DNA from: a virus
Reading direction: 5' to 3' (one strand)
Virus record (IMG/VR): IMGVR_UViG_3300025009_000011
Length of the DNA stretch: 64,000 nucleotides
Shown: piece after piece, positions 34,567-45,366 of the stretch
How the letters are laid out: each line of letters opens with the position of its first letter
Numbering within the stretch: the stretch's first letter is position 1
Notes under the pieces: generated by a model
Database searches by the model: none
What the model was told of the DNA's origin: nothing
What the model saw: only the letters and a program-made list of their open reading frames with translations
Translations under genes and position numbers: made by a program

Positions 34567-36017
34567 TAGCCAAACGCCTCCCATGTGCAGTTTGCAACAC
34601 TTATCGTCTTTGCGGTACTGCCATTAGTATTCCGTAATATAATTTCCAAGTTGCCCCCATTCATCCTTACGCTATACAGTATAATGTCAGATCCTAGCCC
34701 TGAACCTGGACATAACTGTCCATCTACTCCGTAATACAAGGCTGTTGTTCCTGCCCCAAACCCCATTGATGCGGCTTCATTTACATTAGTAGTAAATATA
34801 CAACTAGCTCCCGTTGAACTAGCGCTTTTAATCATTAATACGCCTTTTGTGGCGTTAAACCCAACGCTTATATTTTTTGTATAATTACTACTTGCGGCTA
34901 TAGATGTTGTTGTGTCTGACCAAGTTCCACTAGCTGACTTTATCCTTTTATCTAACTCTACCTTCGCCCCCGCCGGAGTTACCGCCAATGTTGTGCTGGT
35001 TCCTGTTGTAACTTCTGCGTCTGTGGCAAGCTCGACTATTCCTTTTACCGTGTCGGAAGCATCGACAATCGCAACCTTAATTCCGCTAGTTACTTGCCAC
35101 CAATCATTAGCGGAGTCCCATTTGACAGTAATGATTGCTCCTGCCTCAATGTCACCTGTTTCAAGGGCATCGTTGTAATACTTACGCAAGTCCTTTGCGC
35201 CACCGCCAGCATCCAATGTTGCTGCACCGGTGTTGGCGGTATTACAGAATATGTCTAGCGTCATACCTTCTATATAGGAGACGATAGCAGGACTTAGGAC
35301 AACAACATAAGCATCTGTGCTCCCTGCATCTTTCTTATAATATCGCGCATAATTAGCCAAAAGCGTTGCAACCGAATTACTACTTGCTGCATTGGTTGTA
35401 TGCCCTGCTGTCGGAGTATCCTCGACATTGCCCGTTACGTCACTTAAAATAGCAATGTCACTTGCCGCACTTGCGCCAACTACTTTAGCCCTGCCACTTG
35501 CATCCCGAACTATAATCGTGCTCGCTGTCGCTGCCGATACAGCACCGTGGGCAGTAGTAGTATTTGCTGAATGGTTGGCAATGGTATCCGCATTATTCTT
35601 CACTGTTTCTATTGTTCGTCCTGCTCCTGCCAAATTATCCAACTCAGCTTGAGTCGCAACATCTGCCGCGCACTTTGCCGCCGTGACGGAACCATTAGCA
35701 TACTTAGCTGTAGTTAACGAGCCGTCAGGTATCGCCCCTAACACCGCAGCAACTATTTGAGCATAAAGCCAATCCGCTCTATCTCTTACGTTCGTTCCGC
35801 TTCCTGCTATGGTCTCAGGTATGCCAAGGCTGTCTGCGCCACTTGTCCCATCTGTAATTGCATTAAGTAAAGATACAACCGCATTTAACGCAACCCTTAC
35901 CTCTTCGGGTGGAGAGTCAAGCTTTGCCCACACTTGAGCAGGAGCCAAGACGCTATTCAGGTCGTACGGTTGCCCTACGAACTTTTCAGTTATTGCCCCC
36001 ATTGTTGGAAATGCCAT
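34566..36017 (-). CDS. tail fibre / receptor-binding protein candidate
   Basis: Ala/Thr/Gly-rich 483-aa protein in the tail module. Confidence 0.5.
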   Translation of the reverse strand: MAFPTMGAITEKFVGQPYDLNSVLAPAQVWAKLDSPPEEVRVALNAVVSLLNAITDGTSGADSLGIPETIAGSGTNVRDRADWLYAQIVAAVLGAIPDGSLTTAKYANGSVTAAKCAADVATQAELDNLAGAGRTIETVKNNADTIANHSANTTTAHGAVSAATASTIIVRDASGRAKVVGASAASDIAILSDVTGNVEDTPTAGHTTNAASSNSVATLLANYARYYKKDAGSTDAYVVVLSPAIVSYIEGMTLDIFCNTANTGAATLDAGGGAKDLRKYYNDALETGDIEAGAIITVKWDSANDWWQVTSGIKVAIVDASDTVKGIVELATDAEVTTGTSTTLAVTPAGAKVELDKRIKSASGTWSDTTTSIAASSNYTKNISVGFNATKGVLMIKSASSTGASCIFTTNVNEAASMGFGAGTTALYYGVDGQLCPGSGLGSDIILYSVRMNGGNLEIILRNTNGSTAKTISVANCTWEAFG

Positions 36018-37729
36018 TACTTCACCTTCTTCCTCAGCTTGAAACTAATCATAACCGCTAACATGGCTATACTGCGATTAAGCGTATTGTTTCTGATTCT
36101 AAATTGAAAATACTCAGCCTTGATTCCTATTTTCTCACCCTGCGATTTAGGGTAATTTGGTGCTTCCGTTCCTGCGTTGAAGTATGAAGCGTGGAAGTAT
36201 CGGGCATCAAAAATCCCTGATTCTTGCAGAAGAACTATGTCCTCTTCCCCTGAATCAGAGATAAGCGTTAAGGTGTGTTCTGTTCCGTAAGATGCTTTAA
36301 ATGTAAGATTGATTCGCTCAAACTTCTTTATCCATTCCCTGCCGCCTAAGAACATAAGAGGTGAAGTCCACCATGCGTCTATTGCTACGCCATCGTCGGA
36401 GTAAGGGTTATCGTTGGTTATTTGCTGTTCGGAATAGATGAGCCCGTTTACGTTATCGCCCATATAGAGAACGTCTGAACGCGTCAGAAAGTACCCTGCA
36501 TTGGCATAAATACCAGTGTAGGGATACCAACAATAAACTCCACCTGCCAAGTCTGAATATTCAAGGTCCAGAACCCAAACCTTGTCTTTGATGTGCAGAA
36601 GGTATTTATTTCCGCTTATTTCAGCATGGGCTAAGGCTAAGTCTGCCTTCGTGTTGTCAAGGATTCCGCTTGCTATGCCGTTTTTTCCGTTAACGCCTTG
36701 ACTGACTATTTTGCAGTTAGCTTGTCCTTTGGTTAAGCTCGCCCAAGTCCATACTACACCTTTATCTGAGAGAGCTAGAAGACCATTCTGAGCAGGGAGT
36801 ACAGTTCGCGGTGCGATACATCCAAACTCATCACTTAGACCGAATGTAGGGACTGTGACCGAACCAGAAGTAGAGTCCACATTAATGTATGAATACCACT
36901 GCACGAATTCATCTCCGGGTTCTTTGTAGGTGATAAGGTAATCGTTCATTCTGCCCCAACCCGTAACACTTCGAGAGTCGTTACCAACGCTTATGTCAGC
37001 ATCTTCAGGAAAGTATGTTGGGTCGTAAAACCATGAATAACGAACTATATTTGGGTAGGTTGGATGTCCCGAAATGAATACAGCAGTATTATTGTTACCC
37101 GCGTACTCAATAGCCATGGTGCATTTAGCGATAAGGGTTTGGTCCATGAGCGCGGTTGCCTCTAATTGAATTTGCAGGGTATCAGTTCCAGCAGCAGGGG
37201 CAGAGGTGAAGGTTGCTGTCCATGTTGTACGATTGAAGGTGAAGTCTGTACCTTCTACTTTTTCTACTTCATAAATGTACGCTTTAAATAGATTTGCTGA
37301 GAGGGTAATTGGGGTTACGCCATCAGATTGATATATTTTGTCGAGTACAAACGCTGTCGCTATTCCGTCAGGGTCATAGCTTGTTTTCCATTTGTCACTC
37401 AAATGATTGAACTTTTCGTTTGCTGTTCCGCTTGTGCCATCAGGTTTTTTACCTAGCGTAACAGTTGGGACCTTGGCAATATCCGTCACGTTACCAGCCG
37501 TTGTGCCGTTATAGTAGACGTATTCATTGCCCGTGAGGAAGTAAACCTTGTCGTCTGATTCAAATGAAGTTGTTGGAGCATCGGTTAAACCTGAAAGGAT
37601 TCCTTCGAACTCTGTCCATAAAGAAAAAAAGACGGATGCTGATGCGGTTCCATCTAACACCGTTGCTGTATCTACTCCGTATGTTCCATCTTTACCGTCT
37701 GTACCTGCCCAAAATGTTGCAATTGCCAT
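36017..37729 (-). CDS. tail/baseplate structural protein candidate
   Basis: 570-aa ORF in the tail module. Confidence 0.5.
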   Translation of the reverse strand: MAIATFWAGTDGKDGTYGVDTATVLDGTASASVFFSLWTEFEGILSGLTDAPTTSFESDDKVYFLTGNEYVYYNGTTAGNVTDIAKVPTVTLGKKPDGTSGTANEKFNHLSDKWKTSYDPDGIATAFVLDKIYQSDGVTPITLSANLFKAYIYEVEKVEGTDFTFNRTTWTATFTSAPAAGTDTLQIQLEATALMDQTLIAKCTMAIEYAGNNNTAVFISGHPTYPNIVRYSWFYDPTYFPEDADISVGNDSRSVTGWGRMNDYLITYKEPGDEFVQWYSYINVDSTSGSVTVPTFGLSDEFGCIAPRTVLPAQNGLLALSDKGVVWTWASLTKGQANCKIVSQGVNGKNGIASGILDNTKADLALAHAEISGNKYLLHIKDKVWVLDLEYSDLAGGVYCWYPYTGIYANAGYFLTRSDVLYMGDNVNGLIYSEQQITNDNPYSDDGVAIDAWWTSPLMFLGGREWIKKFERINLTFKASYGTEHTLTLISDSGEEDIVLLQESGIFDARYFHASYFNAGTEAPNYPKSQGEKIGIKAEYFQFRIRNNTLNRSIAMLAVMISFKLRKKVK

Positions 37730-37751
37730 ACTGAGCCCCCTTTCTTCGGGG

Positions 37752-38150
37752 TTAGACTAAGCTATACCCAACGCTATATGTGATGGAATCCGCGTCCGCA
37801 TGAGTCATGGTTATGCGGAATGTTTTGGGGATTGCATCTTTTGCTATCAAGTTGGATGCTGCTGTGAATGATGGATGCACTCGATAGACGTTCGTGCTTG
37901 TTGTGGTTACTGCTGCTGACACAAGGATGGCATAATATTTACCTGATGCAGGGTCCTTGCCTTCGATAGTTAAGGTTATACTTGGAGTATCTGCTGATGC
38001 CGTAACATCAAGGATAACGATTACGCCCTTGCCGCCTAAGTTTGTTATGTCAGAACTTGAAACTGTTGCTGTTCGTGCTGCTGATGCAAAGCCTGTTCCT
38101 GCTACGTTTGCTGCAGCGTCAAACAGTTCCTGGAGAGTTATATCCGCCAA
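37752..38150 (-). CDS. structural-module hypothetical protein
   Basis: ORF in operon. Confidence 0.45.
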   Translation of the reverse strand: MADITLQELFDAAANVAGTGFASAARTATVSSSDITNLGGKGVIVILDVTASADTPSITLTIEGKDPASGKYYAILVSAAVTTTSTNVYRVHPSFTAASNLIAKDAIPKTFRITMTHADADSITYSVGYSLV

Positions 38151-38161
38151 GGGTAATCACC

Positions 38162-38431
38162 TCAATTCTTTTTGTAAATTGATCCCCCACATACGACGAG
38201 GAATTCAGTTTCGCCGTTTGTTTTAAATTCGGTCATTAGTCGGATTGGGGTTGGACCGAGAGATGCGGCGTAGGGACGGGAGAAGCCTTTTCGTTTAGTT
38301 GGGATCGCTCCGTCAGAAAAATTTATGTTCTGCATATCAGGGCTTGCAGAAGAAGGTATTTTATCGGGGCTAAGGTCAATCCTCAGGCCTGATGCAAAGC
38401 CATCGGGGAAGCTATATGTTTCGGTTGCGAT
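38162..38431 (-). CDS. hypothetical protein, probable non-ATG start
   Basis: Open frame of 89 codons after SD GGGGGTGAGGA. The only start near the SD is ATC 38431. The first ATG (38335) has no SD, which is why the ORF is missing from the track. Confidence 0.35.
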   Translation of the reverse strand: MATETYSFPDGFASGLRIDLSPDKIPSSASPDMQNINFSDGAIPTKRKGFSRPYAASLGPTPIRLMTEFKTNGETEFLVVCGGSIYKKN

Positions 38432-38444
38432 ATGTCCTCACCCC

Positions 38445-39392
38445 CTACCATGTGTACAAATTACTTAGGCTTGATACATGCGAGGCTGTACTTGAAATGA
38501 GATTCATGCGTTTTTCTGTGTATTTTTTTAAGAAAGCATCGCCCCTTCCTGCCTCTTCACTATTTTGAATAGTCCCCGCACAATTGTATGCTATGATTAA
38601 ACTAGCATCATCCCTTAAGTCAATTACTAAGGCATCATCAACCGATTGAACATCCGTAAACGTCAAGAGAGTTGGTTTACGCCAGTAGTGTACTAATAGA
38701 AGCATCGGTCCATCGTATGAGTTAAAGCTAAGTTGATTCTCGGGAGTTTTTATCATGTTGGAATAAGGAACATATTGCCTTGCATCTTTTTTAACTTCAA
38801 CATAATTAAGATCGAGAAAGTCAGTTGGAGCCTCCTTAATAAACCACGGACGATGCTGCTGTACATCTGCTTCTGTAGGCCACGTATAGGCATACAAAAC
38901 GTAATTACAGAACAAATAAACAGAACCGCCAGTAAACCGCAACCTAACCGTATTGGTTGATAAGGAAGGGGCTATGAGTCTCCTGTATTCTGCAAATCCT
39001 TCCGTTCCCGATGGCACGGTGATAGTCTCTATTTCTGCGTAGGTTACACCATTAGCTGACTCCTCGATGACAATCTCACCGGGATAAGTTGCCTCGAAAA
39101 AAGTTGACTTCCCATTCACAAGCGTTATCGAGAAGTCAACGCCTGGAATATGTTGTTTCAGGGAACTCGTATCATCGGCAAGGGTATTCTTTATGGGGTT
39201 ATGAGGAATTAGAAAGGTTTTAGGGAGCTTAGCTGTGGTGCTTGCAAGCTCATAAATCGATTCGTTTGTAATTTGTTGGATTTTAAAGCCATAGTCCGCT
39301 ACCTTTGAGGGGACCTGAATGGTTCCTCTTGAACTGTATTCGTCTAACAAGCGCAGAGTTGACGTTCTAATTGCTCCATAAGTGATCGCCAT
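38445..39392 (-). CDS. structural-module hypothetical protein
   Basis: 315-aa ORF. Confidence 0.5.
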   Translation of the reverse strand: MAITYGAIRTSTLRLLDEYSSRGTIQVPSKVADYGFKIQQITNESIYELASTTAKLPKTFLIPHNPIKNTLADDTSSLKQHIPGVDFSITLVNGKSTFFEATYPGEIVIEESANGVTYAEIETITVPSGTEGFAEYRRLIAPSLSTNTVRLRFTGGSVYLFCNYVLYAYTWPTEADVQQHRPWFIKEAPTDFLDLNYVEVKKDARQYVPYSNMIKTPENQLSFNSYDGPMLLLVHYWRKPTLLTFTDVQSVDDALVIDLRDDASLIIAYNCAGTIQNSEEAGRGDAFLKKYTEKRMNLISSTASHVSSLSNLYTW

Positions 39393-39427
39393 GGGGTGAA
39401 TCCCCCTTTTCGTTTAATGTAATAGCA

Positions 39428-40042
39428 TTATGTTCTTGCAAGAATGCCAATTGCTTCTCCACTTGTTAATGCTATTTTGGTTAGCTTTACAGGAATAATA
39501 GCCCCTGCTGGAAGTGCAGTAAAATCACTAAGTTGTGCTGTAATTGCGCCAGTTACATTAGTCTGTGAAGCAACGACAGCCTGAGCTAATACTTGAATAG
39601 TTGAGAAGTAATAACCCGTACCAGATACTGCACTACTTACCCCTATGGTAATAGTATCCTTAGTGCCCTCAACCCCGTCTATGACCCATCCTGCGCCTGT
39701 AGCAGAGGTTACAGTAGCGAATTCTTTTGTGGTATATACTGTCGATCCAGCAACAGGAGTCACGGTTTCTGTTTGGGCTGCTCCGCTTATGTCGGTTCCA
39801 ACAAAGGCAATAGTACCCATTGTGTCAGCCGTTCCTACTGCGGTTACAGTTACACTAAGTAAACATGGTGCAGTAGGTTGTGCAGCTATGGTATATGTTC
39901 CAACCTTCATATCTGCAGTGGTTACAATCTTGTCAACATCGAGGGGGAAGATACCTTTTGTTTCAGCCTCATTTGTTTTAATGGAACCATCAGGATTGAT
40001 CTTCAAGTAGTTTCCGTCTTTGCTCCAAATTACTCCCGACAT
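39428..40042 (-). CDS. structural-module hypothetical protein
   Basis: Thr/Ala/Val/Gly-rich beta-type sequence. SD GGAAGTGG. Confidence 0.5.
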   Translation of the reverse strand: MSGVIWSKDGNYLKINPDGSIKTNEAETKGIFPLDVDKIVTTADMKVGTYTIAAQPTAPCLLSVTVTAVGTADTMGTIAFVGTDISGAAQTETVTPVAGSTVYTTKEFATVTSATGAGWVIDGVEGTKDTITIGVSSAVSGTGYYFSTIQVLAQAVVASQTNVTGAITAQLSDFTALPAGAIIPVKLTKIALTSGEAIGILART

Positions 40043-40250
40043 TCTTAACCACTTCCTTTTTACTTTTGTCTTTTTTTAGCGTTCTTGACTTAACTATTTT
40101 TGGCTTAACGACTTTAGATTCAACTACTACGTCCTTCGCGATTGGACGGAGGGATTGAGCCGATTCGTTAAGTTGTTTTAGTTCTGTGAGAATGGCGAAT
40201 AGGAGTTTGTTTGTATCACCTACTAGATTTTCAGGCTTGAAGTTGAACAT
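39990..40250 (-). CDS. basic hypothetical protein
   Basis: ORF overlaps the next gene by 53 nt. Confidence 0.4.
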   Translation of the reverse strand: MFNFKPENLVGDTNKLLFAILTELKQLNESAQSLRPIAKDVVVESKVVKPKIVKSRTLKKDKSKKEVVKNVGSNLEQRRKLLEDQS

Positions 40251-40298
40251 GATTTACCTCCAAAAGAGAAGGCGACCAGTTAAGGCCGCCTGTTTTAA

Positions 40299-41225
40299 TT
40301 ACGCTATTGCTCCAAGTGCAGGATAGATACTTGTTGCACTTGCCGAAGTTATGATGTTGTCGAAGGCTAGGGCAGAGTTGTAGTCAATGATCAGGGCTAA
40401 TGTTTGGGCAGCAGAGGTTGTGCCTCGATTGCCACCAATAACTACCTTGTCGCTATTCTCATCGATCAATAAGGTAACAACCGCAAATGTGTTGTTGATA
40501 ATCATCGCCACCGCATCAGCACAAGTCATGCTTGCGTGGGTAGTAATCCCGATTGCACCTGACTCGATTTGATTGCCCTCGATAAGTAATGCTCGGCTTG
40601 ATCCTGTTCCGATGTCGATAGTCGTAGTAGAATACTTACCGAAGAATTTGCACCCCTTGATAGTGAATTGTTCCACTGCAGTAGCCACAATAGCTTTTGT
40701 AGCAGGGGTAGTTGAGCGTCCGTCGAAATGACAGCCATAAAAAGCAAGCCCGGAGGTAGTTGTTGGGACAGTGAAGATAACCCCGCCTGCCGCCGGTGAC
40801 ATAAAGCCCATGTTGAAGAATCGGCATCCCATATAGGCACCTGCACCGATTACGTGGTTGCCGATCATCATAGGTGTGGGTCTGTGGTCGTAGGAGCCCA
40901 CGCCGATAACGTCGCATTTATTAGGTAGCGTGATAAGGGTTTCTGCTGCTGCTTCGTTATTGTCACCTTTGTAGTAGATCTGATTTCTAGCTGCCCAGCC
41001 TTTTGAGCTTAAGGCTATATTGGCGTTGCTGGCTACTATTGCGGCTGCAAGTGTTTTGAAGGGACGCTCCCAACTTGAACCATTGTTTGTGTCAACGCCG
41101 AAGTTTACATCTACATAGTAGCGATTGCCCGCGACTACATTGCCGAAGATTTGGCTTTCGTAGCCGGATGGACCTTGGAATATACCTTCAATGCCCGATA
41201 CTTTACTAAAATGCGTGAATCCCAT
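40299..41225 (-). CDS. beta-helix-like virion protein candidate
   Basis: Repetitive G/A/T/I/N-rich strands typical of right-handed beta-helix proteins. Tentative. Confidence 0.4.
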   Translation of the reverse strand: MGFTHFSKVSGIEGIFQGPSGYESQIFGNVVAGNRYYVDVNFGVDTNNGSSWERPFKTLAAAIVASNANIALSSKGWAARNQIYYKGDNNEAAAETLITLPNKCDVIGVGSYDHRPTPMMIGNHVIGAGAYMGCRFFNMGFMSPAAGGVIFTVPTTTSGLAFYGCHFDGRSTTPATKAIVATAVEQFTIKGCKFFGKYSTTTIDIGTGSSRALLIEGNQIESGAIGITTHASMTCADAVAMIINNTFAVVTLLIDENSDKVVIGGNRGTTSAAQTLALIIDYNSALAFDNIITSASATSIYPALGAIA

Positions 41226-41294
41226 GATTTTGCCTCCTTTAATTTAACAGGATTGTCCCACGGCTTTTGCCGCATTAAATTAGAAAAGCACTCT

Positions 41295-42896
41295 TTAGTA
41301 GAGTGCTAGTTGTTGGGTGTTTGATTTTGAGTCGAAGCCGATCCATGAGTGGATTTTTGTTAGGCGTTCGGGGGAGAACGATGGCTGTTTTGGATACCAC
41401 TCTTCTAATGAATGGTTATGCTTACTAGAATTACAAGATTTGCAAGCAGGGAGCATATTTTTCTTAGTATAACCACCACCGGAAGATACCGGAATCACAT
41501 GGTCCTGTTGAACATTGGTTAGTTTATCGCCACAATATACACAACAGTTTCCGAAAGATTCGAGGGTATCAAGCCACTGCTCAGGAGTTAGAGTCGCGAC
41601 TGCATTTTTCTTCTTCGCGTCCCTACGCTTGCCAATGGCGATTATGCGCTCTTTGCCCTCTCCGCGATAATAAAGGTTATACCGATTACGATATTTTTCA
41701 GGATTCGCTTTTCGCTGTTCAGCCTTACGCTTCATTACTTCGGGTCGTTTGCTGTATTCCCTAGCAATAACTCGAATGTTCTCGCGGTTAGCCTCCCTGC
41801 GCTTTGTTGCCTTTTCATTTATGACATCCTTGTTTTCTACGTAGTATGCCGACTTCTTTTCTTTGCCGCCGTTTTGGTATCTTTCGCGACTACGAGCGTT
41901 CGATTCATCCTTGTTTTTGTCATGACTCTTCTTTTGCCGTTCCCTTATCGCATCCCGATTAGTGGCGTAATTACCAATCCCTTGCAATGAGGTACATTTC
42001 TTGCAAGTGCTTTTTAATTTAGCGACTCCATTATCAACACGTTTATGGAAGAATTCTTCCGTTGCTAGTAATTCGTCACCGCACTTTATGCAGAATTTAT
42101 ACCCCTCTTTTGCAATTAGTTTTACGGGTTTTTCCGGTTTTGGTTTCGCTCGCTTGCGGTTCTCGACTATGGTTCTGCAGGAACGACTACAATATAATGC
42201 CTTTCCGCTTGCAATGCGATGGGGTGGAACCTCAAATTCGATACCGCAATTTGAGCAAACAACCTTGAACCAATTCGGCCTACTGGCTTTAGTTAGCTCA
42301 TCCGAGTCTTTAAGTTTTACATGACCAGCATCCGAGCATTCTTTCGAACAATACTTTCCTGAACCAATAGATTGCCGATACAATGTAGTTTTGAATTCCT
42401 TACCGCATTGCTGACACGCTGTAGAGAAGAATGCAACTGACTCGCGTTTTACATATTCCTCAAAATAACAAGTTCCACAAAGAGCAATTAGGTTATCAAG
42501 ACTATGGTCTACATCTTCTCCATCGCGCGGCTGTTCCTTGTGGTACACCCCGACTTTGTTAGTAGAACCACATTTGGTACATTTATGCCCATCTCTGAGG
42601 AGAACAATCTCCCGGTTTCCGCCAAACATCTTTTTGTCGTGATGACGCATAGCGCCTCGATTGGATCGGGCTTTCAATCTCTCGCTGTTTGCATCGCGCC
42701 AACATTCCTCGGAGCAGAATACTTGTTTGCCGTTAACTGGTTCGAACTTCTCCTTGCAGTTAGGGCAGAAATGTTCTCTTGTGTTAAAGTGGCCATTTCT
42801 AATCCTCTTGGCTTGCTTTGTACATTCCGGAGAACAGTTCACAGTTGGACCAAGTGCATTGAATTCCTTACTACATACTGGACAATTTTTAATCAT
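41295..42896 (-). CDS. HNH endonuclease with multiple zinc fingers and long basic region
   Basis: C-terminal DHVIPVSSGGGYTKKNMLPACKSCNSSKHNHSLEEWY. Inserted directly after the capsid gene. Confidence 0.8.
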   Translation of the reverse strand: MIKNCPVCSKEFNALGPTVNCSPECTKQAKRIRNGHFNTREHFCPNCKEKFEPVNGKQVFCSEECWRDANSERLKARSNRGAMRHHDKKMFGGNREIVLLRDGHKCTKCGSTNKVGVYHKEQPRDGEDVDHSLDNLIALCGTCYFEEYVKRESVAFFSTACQQCGKEFKTTLYRQSIGSGKYCSKECSDAGHVKLKDSDELTKASRPNWFKVVCSNCGIEFEVPPHRIASGKALYCSRSCRTIVENRKRAKPKPEKPVKLIAKEGYKFCIKCGDELLATEEFFHKRVDNGVAKLKSTCKKCTSLQGIGNYATNRDAIRERQKKSHDKNKDESNARSRERYQNGGKEKKSAYYVENKDVINEKATKRREANRENIRVIAREYSKRPEVMKRKAEQRKANPEKYRNRYNLYYRGEGKERIIAIGKRRDAKKKNAVATLTPEQWLDTLESFGNCCVYCGDKLTNVQQDHVIPVSSGGGYTKKNMLPACKSCNSSKHNHSLEEWYPKQPSFSPERLTKIHSWIGFDSKSNTQQLALY

Positions 42897-42977
42897 GCAA
42901 ATACCTCCGCGACACGTTTTACTACCTTAATTATACCATGTCGCGGATTAATTTGTCAATCGTTACGTCTTGTAAAT

Positions 42978-43952
42978 TTACGCCGGAATTGAGAATTGAA
43001 AAGGATGCCATGAGAAAGCGCCCATAGACAGCCACATTAGCGAACCAATGGTCCATGTTTGGTCACTGTCTGTTTTCCATGAAATTAGCTCGTATTCGTC
43101 TCCTGACTCTAATCTGTTCACGATCTTAAGACTTTCCTTCGCTGCTTGCTTATCAACAACGCACCAAGGTTGTCCGGTCTTCCCAACCTGTCTACGGAAT
43201 TGGTCCCACACCAAAACTTCGATGTTCCCGTCATACACGTTTGCATTGTTGTCTGCGGTATCCGACTTACCAGTAGAACCAACAATCTCTAATGCCCGTT
43301 TGCGGAGTGCTGTAGGCACAACAAGCAAATTTGGAGACATCCCAGCCCGGCGCCCATTCTCGTCTTTTGAGTCAAACATCTTTTGGCACACAACTTCGAG
43401 ATTCTCTTCATTTAGTTCTAAGGCTTCAAGGTTATCTTGAGTCGATTCATAGTTAGACGAAGTTTGCGAACTGGAAGCTATTGGAAGTCCATTCGCGGTT
43501 TTGTTCCACGCGAGCGGAACCCCGTTGACGCTATAGCCCCCTGCTTGGTCGGCATAGGTAAAGATACCGCCAGCGCATTCCTTACGAGTACGAGCTGCGC
43601 CAAGAGCAAACATACCATGCTCAGTTTTGAGGTTAATCAACTTAGCATTAGATAGCAAGAAACGGTCATACTTCATCCCTGCTTGGAAAATTATGGGAGT
43701 CCATACTTTAGTACCCCCCTCTTTTACGGATGAGTAGGTGAATTCTCCATTCCATTGAGTAAAGTCAACGGCTCCTACCATTTCGCTGATTGCTTCAGTG
43801 GCGTTATCTGATTGAACGGTATCGAACAACATCGGAATACCTGCATCCTTAGAAGCCGCAGCGTATTTATCCTGCCAATATTCTAAGATGGGATTTTCAT
43901 ACAAACCTACCATCTTTTGGAAATTACTTGAATCTTGAATCATTACACCCAT
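42978..43952 (-). CDS. major capsid protein candidate
   Basis: 324-aa ORF after the scaffold and decoration genes. Called on size and position. Confidence 0.65.
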   Translation of the reverse strand: MGVMIQDSSNFQKMVGLYENPILEYWQDKYAAASKDAGIPMLFDTVQSDNATEAISEMVGAVDFTQWNGEFTYSSVKEGGTKVWTPIIFQAGMKYDRFLLSNAKLINLKTEHGMFALGAARTRKECAGGIFTYADQAGGYSVNGVPLAWNKTANGLPIASSSQTSSNYESTQDNLEALELNEENLEVVCQKMFDSKDENGRRAGMSPNLLVVPTALRKRALEIVGSTGKSDTADNNANVYDGNIEVLVWDQFRRQVGKTGQPWCVVDKQAAKESLKIVNRLESGDEYELISWKTDSDQTWTIGSLMWLSMGAFSWHPFQFSIPA

Positions 43953-43979
43953 TCTAATACACCTCTATCTTTCTTAAAT

Positions 43980-44399
43980 TTAAGCCTGGCAAATGTTTTT
44001 GCTGGCAATTACTTGAACTTTCAAATTAACAGCATCCTTTTTCAAGATCCGCAAACATCCACCGGTCACAGTAGCAGAGGCCACATTAATCCCATTGGCA
44101 TCCAACACAGCCAACTTCAACCCCGGCAAGAACGCCGCATCAGCAGTCCCGGTATAATCAGCCTCAATGATGTCACCCGGCTTAACCAACTCCATCACTG
44201 CCAATACATCAGTCCCGGCAACAGCCGCCTTAACGCAAACAGCCTCAACCGCAGCAGTAGCCGCCGATTTTGTCCATCTTCCTGAGGAAAGGTAATAGCC
44301 TGTCCCAACGACAGCCGCCTCCGAATCAGTCATGTAAAGATCCTCTACAAACTTGCCGTGGTAGTTCCCAAGGATGCTACCGATAATCTTTAACGCCAT
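43980..44399 (-). CDS. head decoration-like protein candidate
   Basis: 139-aa Ala/Val/Gly-rich ORF between the scaffold and capsid genes. Confidence 0.4.
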   Translation of the reverse strand: MALKIIGSILGNYHGKFVEDLYMTDSEAAVVGTGYYLSSGRWTKSAATAAVEAVCVKAAVAGTDVLAVMELVKPGDIIEADYTGTADAAFLPGLKLAVLDANGINVASATVTGGCLRILKKDAVNLKVQVIASKNICQA

Positions 44400-44413
44400 G
44401 GTTCACACTCTCC

Positions 44414-45289
44414 TTATTTCTTTAAATACTTTGCTTCTTTCTTACGGGCCTCCGCTTCCGTGTACCCCATAGCCCTCCAAACGCGCATCTTCTCTGCGCT
44501 CACTTCAACCTCTTTACCCTGTTGCTGATTCCCTGACTTCTCAGTCCCAAGATGATTCTTGGACCCGATATTGCGAATAGCCCCTTGCGCCCCTTCTTCC
44601 TTAGCCCTTTGGCGAATCTCGGCGCGGTTAACAGCCTCATAAGCTTCTAAAAGGGTCATCCCTCTGTACGCCTTCTCCTTAATAGCCTCGAAGTTCGGTA
44701 ACGCTTGCATATCGGCCAAGGTCTTTACCTTGAGATCCGGGTACTCGGTAGCTAACTCTTTAATCTCAGAATTAACAAGTGATTGTCCCTGTTGTACCTT
44801 AGCGGCCTTGATAGCCGGATGATTCTCGATAAGCTGGTTCATTGCGTCCGGGTCGATCCCCTTAGCTTTGTACTCAGCGTCTTGCTTCTCTTTTTGCAAG
44901 GCAGCTTCAAACTCTGCCACCGTATTAAGTCCATGCGACCTACCATATTGAGCAGCTACGTCAGCATCAGAGTAGACGTTGTAGTCTTTTCCGTACTTTC
45001 TGGCAACTTCAATATCGCGTCTGCGCTGATTCTCGACTTCACTAGCTCGTCGTTCGGCCGCTTCCTTACTGCGCCTTAACTCGGCAAAGGCAGCATTTTG
45101 TTCAGGAGTTTGTACCGCTTTCTGACTGGCGGGGTCAGTACCCGGTTCCGGGTCAGCTACGCCACCGTTTGGTTCTCCTGTTGGTTCCGTGTTTACTGGT
45201 TCATTGCTTGAGGGTGCGGGTTCCCCTCCACCTCCACCGCTGTCTACTTCATCCATAAATGGACGTAAGTTCAAATTAAATAGTGTCAT
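44414..45289 (-). CDS. scaffolding protein candidate
   Basis: Highly charged helical protein with a Gly/Pro-rich N-terminus, upstream of the capsid gene. Confidence 0.55.
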   Translation of the reverse strand: MTLFNLNLRPFMDEVDSGGGGGEPAPSSNEPVNTEPTGEPNGGVADPEPGTDPASQKAVQTPEQNAAFAELRRSKEAAERRASEVENQRRRDIEVARKYGKDYNVYSDADVAAQYGRSHGLNTVAEFEAALQKEKQDAEYKAKGIDPDAMNQLIENHPAIKAAKVQQGQSLVNSEIKELATEYPDLKVKTLADMQALPNFEAIKEKAYRGMTLLEAYEAVNRAEIRQRAKEEGAQGAIRNIGSKNHLGTEKSGNQQQGKEVEVSAEKMRVWRAMGYTEAEARKKEAKYLKK

Positions 45290-45366
45290 GTGTCTACCTC
45301 CTGCGTATTGTCAGCCGCCGCCGTTATCACTCGTTAGGTGAGCGTTACCGCCACTACTAGGCATAG

